From a virus, in IMG/VR virus record IMGVR_UViG_3300021185_003522, positions 32,001 to 96,000 of that record: a stretch of DNA of 64,000 nucleotides; one strand, given 5' to 3'. Of this stretch, positions 9,106-18,453 are shown piece after piece (within the stretch, counting starts at the first letter, position 1; each line of letters starts with the position of its first letter). The position numbers and the translations under genes are program-made. Below the pieces are notes generated by a model. That model did not search any database and was not told the DNA's origin. It saw only the letters and a list, made by a program, of their open reading frames with translations.

Positions 9106-9665
9106 ACAAATGCTATCTGTTCTTGTTCAGTGAGTATTGTTTTTTTAAACAGTTCTGCACCTTTGTGAACATTCTCACGCCATTCATTGCCCTGTGCATC
9201 GCCATCTGAATCACTATCTGAAATATACTTGTAACAGTCAAACGGAATCATAAACTTTGTTGCAACCTTGGCAAGTGCATATGCTTCCATTTCGCATATC
9301 TGATAGTTAATATGTGGTACACTAAAACTATCACCTGTGCCACAAACAAATAAACTGTCGTGCTTTGTTTGGCAAACGATCATCTGTTCTTCGTCTCCTG
9401 GGCTTACATACAGAGGCAGTCCCAATGGTGTGCAATCCATGTCTCTTTCTATCACTGCACTTATACCTACTAGTTCGCCTTTAATTTCTTTACTACCGCC
9501 TGCTGAACCATAATTTATTATTTTGCTATATCTATCATTATAACACAATTCTGCAGTAAGAGCAATACTAGCGTTTACTTTTCCTACACCTGTAACTAGC
9601 TTTTTATATCCACTTGGCAAAGTTCCCGGCAGTTCTTCTTCTAATGCGATAACAACTAGTATCAT
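9099..9665 (-). CDS. mtnN: MTA/SAH (5'-deoxyadenosine) nucleosidase-like, PNP_UDP fold
   Basis: GVGKVNA, IINYGSAGG, TGDSF, EMEAYA and KYISD motifs. Confidence 0.8.
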   Translation of the reverse strand: MILVVIALEEELPGTLPSGYKKLVTGVGKVNASIALTAELCYNDRYSKIINYGSAGGSKEIKGELVGISAVIERDMDCTPLGLPLYVSPGDEEQMIVCQTKHDSLFVCGTGDSFSVPHINYQICEMEAYALAKVATKFMIPFDCYKYISDSDSDGDAQGNEWRENVHKGAELFKKTILTEQEQIAFVW

Positions 9666-10867
9666 GTGTTTGGTCCTTTGTATTCTATAGCTTCTGCTAA
9701 TTCAGCATGATGTGTACATAAATCTTGTTTCCTACGCCAATCTACATCAGCAACTTTCATGCGTAAAATGTTTCCATCTAAACTTGCACCACCATTTATA
9801 AAGTCAATTATGTTGTTGAATTCTTTTCTGTGATATTCTGTTACTTTTGCGTTTTTTAATTTTCCTATTGCAACTTTTTTTGCACGGTCTGGTAATGTTC
9901 CAACACTATGATAATACGCTTCGTGCAACATGTTCCAATATACAAAGTCAAAATTGCGTTGATCAATCCAATTTGCAAGTCCTTCTAAATACATTACATT
10001 AAAAACGTTTACTGTGGAGCAAACCTGTAACTGTATGTTTGTATTACGATCACGCATCGCCTCAAACCGATCCATGTTAGTGTTCACTTCTTCCCATATA
10101 GCATTAGCACGTTGATATTCAAAACGTTCACCAACATCATCAATACTAAATGCTATCTCAATTAACTTAAAATGTTTCCATATCTCTTCTGCATGTTCTG
10201 GAAACTGTGTTCCATTAGTATTATAGTGTATTTCAACATTATGTGCAATACCTTTATCAACCATTCTTTGTAGTAAATCAAAATGTTCTTGTATCATGAA
10301 AGGTTCGCCACCGGTAAACTCTAAGTACCGGACTTGCTCCATTAGTTTGTCAATCTCTGTCCAAAACTTTTGATTGCGTCTTGGCCATGCTCCATCTTTA
10401 AGCATTTGGTAATGAAAGCTGTCTTTGCCCTCAAACTTAACTTCTTCAGCCGCAAACGTACTTGAACTCCAACTACCGCATATACGGCATTTTAGGTTAC
10501 AAATGTTGCCCAGTTTAAAATCTATAAACACCAGTGGCTTTGCATCAGCAGTCCATTCAGTATCGGTAACAATATGTTCTAATCTGTTAAGAGTGTGCAT
10601 ACGTTTTGATGTACGCCCTGAACGTTCTTCATTCCAGCACTTACGGCATGTTTGTGGCTTCTTGCCATCTAAAAATTCTTGACGTAGTTTTTGCATGTAT
10701 TTGCTAGTATGAACTTCGTTAAGATCTGTTGTTAATAGGCTATACTTGTTTCCATCTGTATCTGTAATCTCATCCTCTGCTAAACAACAAGGCCTGGTAG
10801 TGCCAATAGGTGACGTTTCTAAACTTACCCAAGGCAAGACACAAAATGTTTCATGTGGTAATTTCAC
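9662..10867 (-). CDS. Radical SAM enzyme with N-terminal twitch domain
   Basis: CVLPW...PCC...CRKC; CNLKCRIC; GGEP; YNTN. Confidence 0.92.
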   Translation of the reverse strand: MKLPHETFCVLPWVSLETSPIGTTRPCCLAEDEITDTDGNKYSLLTTDLNEVHTSKYMQKLRQEFLDGKKPQTCRKCWNEERSGRTSKRMHTLNRLEHIVTDTEWTADAKPLVFIDFKLGNICNLKCRICGSWSSSTFAAEEVKFEGKDSFHYQMLKDGAWPRRNQKFWTEIDKLMEQVRYLEFTGGEPFMIQEHFDLLQRMVDKGIAHNVEIHYNTNGTQFPEHAEEIWKHFKLIEIAFSIDDVGERFEYQRANAIWEEVNTNMDRFEAMRDRNTNIQLQVCSTVNVFNVMYLEGLANWIDQRNFDFVYWNMLHEAYYHSVGTLPDRAKKVAIGKLKNAKVTEYHRKEFNNIIDFINGGASLDGNILRMKVADVDWRRKQDLCTHHAELAEAIEYKGPNT

Positions 10868-12147
10868 TTTAATGCTCCAAGTTCTGGTATTACATCTAGT
10901 ATATTCTCATTTCGTATACCATCAAGTTGATTGGTCTTTTGCCAAAACTTTTCTAGTAAATGTGTATTGTCTGTTTTGAGATATTGTATTGCACTTTCAA
11001 ACCCTACAGTTGCTCTGTTTAATTGGTCAAGTGGTCGTAACCATTCAAGATGTTTTTCATACTTTGAGATAATCTGATCTTTATACTCTTGTGGTGCAAT
11101 ATCTATTCTGTAATAATCTGGATCTTGAAGTATGTTTATATTAAGATCTTGTGCTCTTATCAAACCTTTACCAGCCCATTCTCTATGAAAGTGAGGAATG
11201 TGCAGTGCATTCATTATGCTTAACGTCGGGCTGATATAAAAGTCAACCTGTGGACATATCTCCATCATCTGTCGTCTGTTCTCTTCAACAACACTCCATT
11301 TGGTACCTTTGCGTATGTATTCAGCACGTGTACCCATTGCATCTAAACTTGCACCAACTGCAACACTGTCAAACTTTTTCCAGTAGTCAAATACGAGTCT
11401 ATCTTTTAATTGTACATGTGTAAAATTTGTATTGTAAATCAGTCTGACATCAAATCTGCCTCTGCGTTCCAGTTCTTCTAAGATAACATAGTGTTCATCC
11501 ATCATGCAAGGTTCGCCGCCAGCAAAGTATATCTGCTCAACATGATCTAAATGTTCCATTAGTTGGTCCATCATGTCAGTTTTGAAACGTCCAGCATAGT
11601 TTAACACATTGTTGTTCTTTGCCCATTCAGGACCTGCTAGTGCAGTTTGGTCTTTATACCAACTGCTGGAAAATATATGTCCACAACTTCTGCAACTTAG
11701 GTTACAAAGATTTGAAAAACGTATGTCCCAATAGGTCATTTCAAAATCTTTGTATTCACCGTCTGGTGTTGTGTCTTTTGTTCTGTGTATGTGATGTCCG
11801 TGATGCTTGTTAGCACTTTGTCTACCTGAGAAGAAGCCTGACTTCTCCTGTTCGTAACAACGTCCGCATGCACTGTTCTCTGTTTCTGTTAGCATGTCTT
11901 TACGTAGTTGCTTTTGTTCTGCACTATTCCATATTTCAGTCATGGTGTTTGTTTTACAGTTGCCTACCTGTCCTACGCCCATTTCAGCATGACAACAAGG
12001 ATATGCTTCGCCTGTTGGATATGCGTGTAGATGTATCCAAGGATACATACAAAATGTTTTGCTTTCACTAAGCAAAAACTGTTCGCGTTGCTCTAGGTCG
12101 CTTAACTTTATCTTAATAGGATCACTGCTATTATAATTATAACTCAC
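10864..12147 (-). CDS. Radical SAM enzyme with N-terminal twitch domain
   Basis: CMYPW...PCC...CGRC; CNLSCRSC; GGEP; YNTN. Confidence 0.92.
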   Translation of the reverse strand: MSYNYNSSDPIKIKLSDLEQREQFLLSESKTFCMYPWIHLHAYPTGEAYPCCHAEMGVGQVGNCKTNTMTEIWNSAEQKQLRKDMLTETENSACGRCYEQEKSGFFSGRQSANKHHGHHIHRTKDTTPDGEYKDFEMTYWDIRFSNLCNLSCRSCGHIFSSSWYKDQTALAGPEWAKNNNVLNYAGRFKTDMMDQLMEHLDHVEQIYFAGGEPCMMDEHYVILEELERRGRFDVRLIYNTNFTHVQLKDRLVFDYWKKFDSVAVGASLDAMGTRAEYIRKGTKWSVVEENRRQMMEICPQVDFYISPTLSIMNALHIPHFHREWAGKGLIRAQDLNINILQDPDYYRIDIAPQEYKDQIISKYEKHLEWLRPLDQLNRATVGFESAIQYLKTDNTHLLEKFWQKTNQLDGIRNENILDVIPELGALK

Positions 12148-13489
12148 TGAACCACTCTTTCATGCTTGGAAATGCTTTGTTAAAATTTTTGTTGCGACGT
12201 ATATCATATTGATTATAAAACTGTTTAAAATCATTGTGCAACTTTGGAGTTTCAAATGCTTCACTGTGAGGTGTTTTTACAACATCTAAATAGTCGAGCA
12301 ATCTCTGTGTTTGATTTAATTCGTGTTCATGAAGAAATTTATTATCTGCATTTTCATCATACCATTCTTGTAATCTATTCTTATGCAATGTGCGTAAATG
12401 ATCAGGTAAAGCAAGTGCAGATTGAAAACTAGGAAAACGTAATATATTCAATGTAAAACTTGGATAGTCTCTACCGTACATTTCTTTAAACTTTAATAGG
12501 TAACCTAAAAATTCTGGTAATGTTTCTAAGCACAGTGCATTCACTGTACACATATTATGTAAACCACGTAACTTGCCACTGCCTGCTAACAAATGCATGT
12601 TTCTTGCCCATGTACTCCATTCTAAGCCATCACGTATATACTCAGCTTGATGTACTAAACTTTCGTTTGATGTATAGATATCAAGTGGAGCACTATCAGC
12701 TCTATCAAGTAATTTATAAATTTGCGAATCGTCGCATTGTAAGTTACTATTAATTGCGATGCGAGTCTTGCTTGCACCTTTGTTCTCTTTAAACCAGTCT
12801 AACAGTTTCCACAAGTGTCCACTCATCATCGGTTCGCCACCAGTAATACGTAGCTCGTCTAGGGTATAGTGCAAATCACTTTCCCACCATTTGAAGAATG
12901 CTTCAATGTAGGGGTTAGTTTCATTAAACTTATACAATTGACTACTATCATGTGGATGTGTAAAATGATTACGCCCATCGCTGATTAAATTTTCATATGA
13001 ACCATTCTTCTTAATGTCTTTTACCCATGTGGTTGAGAAAGCAGGATTGCAATAGCTACACGCAAGTTGACAAGTTCTATCAAATGCAATTTCTAGTGTC
13101 TTAAGATTAACGTCAATTTGATGATCACGTTCATATGCGGCCTGCAGTGCATTATCCTCATAGATTACACTTTTATAGACTCTATCACTGATATTATCTC
13201 TGCCTATGTCTTCTACTTTCCAACAGTATTCGCAACCCTTAGGACGCTCACCACACTGCATTTGTCTACGTTCTTCTTTTTTCTCAGGTGTGTTGTGTAG
13301 TGCCTTTGGATTAGCAATCACATCTTCCACACTTACTTTATGTGGCAGTGGATGATGGCAACTTGTAGTCATACCAGACCCTAGCCAGATGGTTGCATTG
13401 TACCATTTGGCGCCACACATACTTGAACTTAGTGGATCAAGCACTCGTTGTTTATAATTTAGGTCAGTTTCATTTGCTTGTTTGGGCAT
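12137..13489 (-). CDS. Radical SAM enzyme with N-terminal twitch domain (second subtype)
   Basis: CGAKW...SCHHP...CEYCW; CQLACSYC; TGGEP. Confidence 0.92.
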   Translation of the reverse strand: MPKQANETDLNYKQRVLDPLSSSMCGAKWYNATIWLGSGMTTSCHHPLPHKVSVEDVIANPKALHNTPEKKEERRQMQCGERPKGCEYCWKVEDIGRDNISDRVYKSVIYEDNALQAAYERDHQIDVNLKTLEIAFDRTCQLACSYCNPAFSTTWVKDIKKNGSYENLISDGRNHFTHPHDSSQLYKFNETNPYIEAFFKWWESDLHYTLDELRITGGEPMMSGHLWKLLDWFKENKGASKTRIAINSNLQCDDSQIYKLLDRADSAPLDIYTSNESLVHQAEYIRDGLEWSTWARNMHLLAGSGKLRGLHNMCTVNALCLETLPEFLGYLLKFKEMYGRDYPSFTLNILRFPSFQSALALPDHLRTLHKNRLQEWYDENADNKFLHEHELNQTQRLLDYLDVVKTPHSEAFETPKLHNDFKQFYNQYDIRRNKNFNKAFPSMKEWFSEL

Positions 13490-13507
13490 ATGTATAATTA
13501 TACAGAT

Positions 13508-14995
13508 TTAGATGTTAGCAAGATATTTGCACTCTTCCCACCATGTAGACATTTCAGGAAAAGTTTTTAAAAAATTTGTATTACGGCGTCTATCATGTTC
13601 GTTAAAGAATCTGTAGAAGTCTGCTTTGTTCTGTTTTATATATTCTGGATCTAGATTTTGTCCGCTACGCATCCATGCAATGTCTCTATCAAGTCTAGCA
13701 ACTTCGTAATCTTTGAATCCTTTAAAACGGTTCTCTTCTGTTTCTAAATTATCTTGCATCCATTTTTTACTTATTTCAAGTTCGTGGACATAGCTTTCAG
13801 GAAGTATCTGTAAACTTTGCCATGTGGGTGTACGGAGCACAGGCGTATCAAACCATATACGTTGGTAAGTGTTACTGTATATTTGACGCAACCCCAGTAT
13901 TGAAGTAAAAAGTTTTTGTAAACTTGTGATGCTTAAATTATTCATTGTAATAATAAACGTTAAACTGCTACGTTCTGGTACATCTATTAGAAACTGATTT
14001 ACTCTGTCCCAAAGCAAGTTAAAGTCCAATCCATGACGCATGTATTCTGCTGGTTCAAACATGCCATCGAGGCTTACATACTGCATAAAGTGTTCAACTG
14101 TTCCTTGCTTTTCACAAAGCATTGTTACATAAGCCTTGTACTTTTGCCAAAGTTTCTCTTCAACACTGAAGTTGGATGTAGTACTAAGATGTAACTTTGG
14201 TGATGGGTTCATTAGAACATGATCGAATACTCTGTATGTGTTTTTATCCATCATTGGTTCACCACCAGTCATTCTAAAATGTTCAAGCTCAGGATATAAT
14301 GTTGGCCACCATTTCCAAAATGCTTCAACATAAGGATTGTGTTCTCTTGCGGGTATGGGCCTGCGTTCTCCTACAAAGTGACTAGGATCATTGTGTGGTG
14401 TTGAAGTTGGCCATGCACCTTCACGTTGTGTTTCTTTCATCCAACTACTACTATACTGAGGTGAACAATAACTACAACTTAGATTACAAGCACTGTTAAA
14501 GTCAACCTCAACATAACTAGGAACTATATCCTGATCCCACGGTGCATTCTTAATAGTTTCAAAGTCTTTCATTGCCCACGGCTCGCCTGAACGATAGTGT
14601 CTATCACTGAGTTTGTTGTTGTCTTCCATAGCCCAACAATAACTACACTCTGGCGGTCTAGTGCCTTCAAGCATAAGTTTACGTTGTTGCTTCTTGTGTT
14701 CTGTGTTGTGCAATGCACTTGGATTAGTTTTTATTGCTTCAGCATCTGCTCTGTGCAGTGGAGGATGATAACAACTGTTGTTCATACCAGTTGTTAAATG
14801 CAAACTCAGTTGTTTCCATTTTGCCAAACAGAAACTAGGCGACACAGTATCTAGTTTCTGTTGTGCCCGTTCAGCATCACTTAGAAACTTACTTTTAAAG
14901 TCTTTGCTAACTTCATCACCTTTATTTTGAGTTACCAACCTTCTTGACTCCGGATCACATCTATTTCTCTTGTCATAATTGATTGATTGTGCCAA
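13508..14995 (-). CDS. Radical SAM enzyme with N-terminal twitch domain (second subtype); true start may be TTG at 14938
   Basis: CLAKW...SCYHP...CSYCW; CNLSCSYC; TGGEP. Confidence 0.92.
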   Translation of the reverse strand: MAQSINYDKRNRCDPESRRLVTQNKGDEVSKDFKSKFLSDAERAQQKLDTVSPSFCLAKWKQLSLHLTTGMNNSCYHPPLHRADAEAIKTNPSALHNTEHKKQQRKLMLEGTRPPECSYCWAMEDNNKLSDRHYRSGEPWAMKDFETIKNAPWDQDIVPSYVEVDFNSACNLSCSYCSPQYSSSWMKETQREGAWPTSTPHNDPSHFVGERRPIPAREHNPYVEAFWKWWPTLYPELEHFRMTGGEPMMDKNTYRVFDHVLMNPSPKLHLSTTSNFSVEEKLWQKYKAYVTMLCEKQGTVEHFMQYVSLDGMFEPAEYMRHGLDFNLLWDRVNQFLIDVPERSSLTFIITMNNLSITSLQKLFTSILGLRQIYSNTYQRIWFDTPVLRTPTWQSLQILPESYVHELEISKKWMQDNLETEENRFKGFKDYEVARLDRDIAWMRSGQNLDPEYIKQNKADFYRFFNEHDRRRNTNFLKTFPEMSTWWEECKYLANI

Positions 14996-15852
14996 TTACT
15001 ACGATAGTGATGTTTGAAAAATTTGCTTTGCTCAGGATTGTAGGTATTCATTGGTAGACCTAGTTGACGTTCTAAGTCTTGTTCTTTATCAGTGACTAAT
15101 TCATTGGATGAACGGTCTTTGACTTCGTTCCATATGTCTTCTAATAGATTAAAATCTTGAACTTTTTTGTAGTCCCAATCGCTTAACATTGTTTTCCAAG
15201 TTCCTAGTCTTGCGCCTGCAATTGCCCATAGTCCATGTTCTGTGTCTGCACCAATGTTGTGCCATATGGTTAGATGGTCTAGGTTTCTATTGTGTACACT
15301 TTCTCTAAATTCACTTACACTTGGTTTTGAACCTCTGTCAAGACACATTTTTACGCCTTCTCTAAAGCCTGCACGGAACGCATGTTTTGCACTTTCTCCA
15401 GGATAGGTAGTTGAATAACAGTTGTACATTGGCCAATATAGATCATCAAAGCAAAACTCTACGTCAGTGTCATCTGCGCCTTCAGAGGCTTCGTGTGTAC
15501 GCATGTTTTGTACAAATGTTTTTGTCCATGAGCTTATTCCGCCGTTGCCGTACATTAGTCCATTTATATCGTTCCTTGCACGCCATCTGTAAACTGCTTG
15601 TTCATACTGTTCTGTTTTATATTCTATAGTTTCGTTAAAAAAACTTTCTTGCGGCAAGTTATCACCGTCAATCAAGATAAAACGTTCAGTATCGCTGGCA
15701 TCAGCAGCCGCTTTGTGTGCAGCATCAGAACCTTTGACTCCGTCTACACGTTTTGCCCACGGAACCATATTGCGTATCTTTATCCAAAACTCTTCTTTTT
15801 TAGGTTCATCATAGCTCAGGTATATGCAATCTAAATCAGCAACATCAATCAT
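14932..15852 (-). CDS. Glycosyltransferase-like protein (GT-A fold)
   Basis: YLSYDEP...RVDGVKGSDAAH...IDGDN (DxD); start placed at ATG 15852, overlapping the upstream stop. Confidence 0.6.
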   Translation of the reverse strand: MIDVADLDCIYLSYDEPKKEEFWIKIRNMVPWAKRVDGVKGSDAAHKAAADASDTERFILIDGDNLPQESFFNETIEYKTEQYEQAVYRWRARNDINGLMYGNGGISSWTKTFVQNMRTHEASEGADDTDVEFCFDDLYWPMYNCYSTTYPGESAKHAFRAGFREGVKMCLDRGSKPSVSEFRESVHNRNLDHLTIWHNIGADTEHGLWAIAGARLGTWKTMLSDWDYKKVQDFNLLEDIWNEVKDRSSNELVTDKEQDLERQLGLPMNTYNPEQSKFFKHHYRSNWHNQSIMTREIDVIRSQEGW

Positions 15853-16225
15853 TCTTTCTATACTCTCCTGAGAATGGTGTAAAATCAGTACCGCCAGCAA
15901 TTACGCAGGCAACGTTAAAGCCATTAACTTTTTGATAACTGAAAATGGTAAATGTCCTTGTTTTTGGATTCACATACATAAGCAAATCAACAGTGACCAT
16001 ATCAGGTTTCATAAGTGGTTTAATTGCAAATACTCCACTTGCAAACTCTTGTTCGCCATGCTTGTTTACTATATCTGAAAGATAGTCAATGCCTTGCTCA
16101 CTGCATGGTACCTGCATGTTTAACAATAGCTGTGTTCTGTCTGGCTTTGGCTTTGGTTTTGGTATTTCTTGAGCGTTGGTGTTAAATGCGGTAAGCAGTA
16201 ACACCAGTATAATTAGGTGTTTCAT
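15845..16225 (-). CDS. Hypothetical exported protein
   Basis: N-terminus MKHLIILVLLLTAFNTNA is signal-peptide-like (A-x-A type end); two Cys. Confidence 0.7.
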   Translation of the reverse strand: MKHLIILVLLLTAFNTNAQEIPKPKPKPDRTQLLLNMQVPCSEQGIDYLSDIVNKHGEQEFASGVFAIKPLMKPDMVTVDLLMYVNPKTRTFTIFSYQKVNGFNVACVIAGGTDFTPFSGEYRKND

Positions 16226-16242
16226 TGTTTTTCCAATCTATT

Positions 16243-16590
16243 TTAATCAGCATAATAGGTTTTGACTTTCCATTTTACTGAACTATTAGTATCAACAATC
16301 ATTACATTGTCAACTGCACAAGCAACTCCTTCATTTCCAGGTACTAACTTTCGCCACCGAACTGCATCTATAATGCTTGTCAACTTACCATTTAGTACAA
16401 TGCTATCGTAACGACTTTCAGCATACTGTTGTTTGGTAATCTCAATATAATCACCGTCTAGATCCTCAGTTGAATACTGTAAGGCCTTACCTGTTTGTTT
16501 ATTATAGTATAATTTATATTTTTTGTCAACCTGTTTTACTGGTTTTCCATGTTCTTCAAATATTTTGAAGAAGTCTACTGACTCAGTCAT
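16243..16590 (-). CDS. Hypothetical protein
   Basis: 115-aa ORF overlapping the upstream gene. Confidence 0.7.
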   Translation of the reverse strand: MTESVDFFKIFEEHGKPVKQVDKKYKLYYNKQTGKALQYSTEDLDGDYIEITKQQYAESRYDSIVLNGKLTSIIDAVRWRKLVPGNEGVACAVDNVMIVDTNSSVKWKVKTYYAD

Positions 16591-17347
16591 AACAATTCCC
16601 TAGTTCTGTTGCAAGATATTTTTGATGATAATGTACAAACCCATATTGATTATGCCCATTTATACGCATTACACCATTGGCGATTTCCCAGATCAGTTCC
16701 TTGTTCCAATCTTCTGCAGTAGTTCCAAGTATTGCTGGTTTCATATGAACAATCTGTGGGCCATAACCAGGTGTACAATAATTATCTTCGCATAAAGCAT
16801 AAATTAAATCAGTGTTAGCTACTTCATCGTGTCCACCTTGTATTATATCTTTTGCACTATCCCAGTTTTCAAACGTTTTTTGTACTTCTGTAAAAAATTG
16901 TTTTGCTTCAACACTCATACGCCAATACGTAATAGCATTATAAACATCTGTCAATTTATTTTTATCAAATATTTTTCTATACTTTCTTACTTTACTTGGA
17001 ATATTATGAAAGTTTCTACAACCAGTTGATATCCAAACTGGCTTTGTTCTATACAAGTTCCACCAATGATCCACCGGACCGCTTACAATCATATCTGCTT
17101 CTAACTTTACAGTTTCGTGAAAAGGACTAGCGTGAAAAACTTGCCAATCAGTTGTCCATCCACCTGTATTACCATAAGGAAACTGTTTAACATAATCAAA
17201 TAATGCATTAGTGTATTCAACATCAGTGAGTAAACATATTTTTACATCTGGGTGCCAATAACGCAGACTTTTTGCTAGTGTTTCAGCACATACAATATAA
17301 TCTTTACTACCAACTATTAAGTACCCTCTATCTGCTTCATACGGCAT
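16583..17347 (-). CDS. Glycosyltransferase-like protein (GT8-like, EAD variant of DxD)
   Basis: YIVCAETLAKSL...ICLLTD...SPFHETVKLEADM...HMK; start placed at ATG 17347. Confidence 0.6.
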   Translation of the reverse strand: MPYEADRGYLIVGSKDYIVCAETLAKSLRYWHPDVKICLLTDVEYTNALFDYVKQFPYGNTGGWTTDWQVFHASPFHETVKLEADMIVSGPVDHWWNLYRTKPVWISTGCRNFHNIPSKVRKYRKIFDKNKLTDVYNAITYWRMSVEAKQFFTEVQKTFENWDSAKDIIQGGHDEVANTDLIYALCEDNYCTPGYGPQIVHMKPAILGTTAEDWNKELIWEIANGVMRINGHNQYGFVHYHQKYLATELGNCYD

Positions 17348-18083
17348 AGAGCTTCTCCAGATATTCTTTGCCCATAATATGCAGGTCGTTGTGTTCAATA
17401 CATAAACGTCTGGTGGTGTGTTCTAACCACCATTTTCCGTCATATGTGACTTTGATTTTTGGGTCAACATTAAATAATGGCCAAGGTATATCACATTGTT
17501 CAGTGCCTGTACCATTACATATGAGTAATGCAATACTCAAAGCAAAATCATTACGGAACTGTCTTGGGTCAAATTCAAATATACTTGCATAATGGTAGTA
17601 ATTCTGCTCAACCATTTTCCAACAGTCAAATACATCATTGCTGAATGTGCTTTTGTCAAAAACAACAACAGTAGCCCACCACATGTGGGTATCTCTAATA
17701 CCAAATTTTTCAATATGTTTATTCTTAAACACAGGTTGAACAGTTTTATGTGCAAAAAAAGACTGGGTAGAGTTAATGCAAGTTAATAAATTACTGCCAT
17801 TCAACATATAGTCGGTATCTAGTATTATAGTTCTTTGATATGGTGTATAATCAAATGCATGACTACGTCTGCCATTGTACCATATTCGTGATTGGTGACG
17901 ATTTTTATTAGTTGGTTTCTCAACAATTACTTGTTGGTCGTATAAATCTGTATCTAGTTTTATATCAGTCACAAGGCTAACTGGAATATTGAGATACCTT
18001 TTAATTCTTTTTGCACATTCATTTGCGAGTAATGTATATTTTACTTCGCTATCAAATGCAAATAGTAAAGCACCAGTGGTCAT
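17337..18083 (-). CDS. Glycosyltransferase-like protein (GT8-like), paralog of the previous gene
   Basis: VSLVTD...TPYQRTIILDTDY...FRNDFA...HIMGK. Confidence 0.6.
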   Translation of the reverse strand: MTTGALLFAFDSEVKYTLLANECAKRIKRYLNIPVSLVTDIKLDTDLYDQQVIVEKPTNKNRHQSRIWYNGRRSHAFDYTPYQRTIILDTDYMLNGSNLLTCINSTQSFFAHKTVQPVFKNKHIEKFGIRDTHMWWATVVVFDKSTFSNDVFDCWKMVEQNYYHYASIFEFDPRQFRNDFALSIALLICNGTGTEQCDIPWPLFNVDPKIKVTYDGKWWLEHTTRRLCIEHNDLHIMGKEYLEKLYAV

Positions 18084-18382
18084 CTGTTTTGGGACACTGC
18101 GTCGTATTCATCTAGCCAAGCGTTCATTTGTTCTTGCCATAGTTCCATTGCATAATTATACAAAAGTCCTGTATCTACTTTCACAGGCGTATCATAGATA
18201 TCTTGTAGTACTGCTTCGCCGGCACATAGTTTACATATGTTTAAAAGCTCTGGTCCAGCACGCCACATGCCGCCATTGTGTGCAAATATCATTTTTGCTT
18301 GATAGGTTTCTTTTAGCACAAGCCTTGCCTGTTTATGGTCAAATCTTGTACGGATTCTTTGTCTCAAGGATTCTGTGTTCAT
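18080..18382 (-). CDS. Hypothetical protein, first gene of the modification operon
   Basis: ATG at 18382 lies 5 nt after a TAAGTA late-promoter-like element. Confidence 0.7.
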   Translation of the reverse strand: MNTESLRQRIRTRFDHKQARLVLKETYQAKMIFAHNGGMWRAGPELLNICKLCAGEAVLQDIYDTPVKVDTGLLYNYAMELWQEQMNAWLDEYDAVSQNR

Positions 18383-18387
18383 ATTTT

Positions 18388-18394
18388 TACTTAG
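18388..18394 (-). promoter_or_regulatory. Late promoter variant CTAAGTA
   Basis: Same spacing to the ATG as other TAAATA elements; lies just after a terminator. Confidence 0.5.
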
Positions 18395-18398
18395 CCAC

Positions 18399-18433
18399 AA
18401 AAAAACCCTAGTTAATAAAAACTAGAGTTTTTT
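18399..18433 (-). terminator. Intrinsic terminator after the fibre gene
   Basis: CTAGTT/AACTAG stem flanked by A and T runs; T7 follows the stem on the minus strand. Confidence 0.6.
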
Positions 18434-18453
18434 AGGTTTTCTATATTAAAATA

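Noticed and set aside
1-18400. Host-derived (bacterial) contig or prophage flank
   Set aside because: Continuous operon structure, phage late-type promoter elements and a related rSAM inside the gp47-gp46 locus indicate the island is phage-encoded
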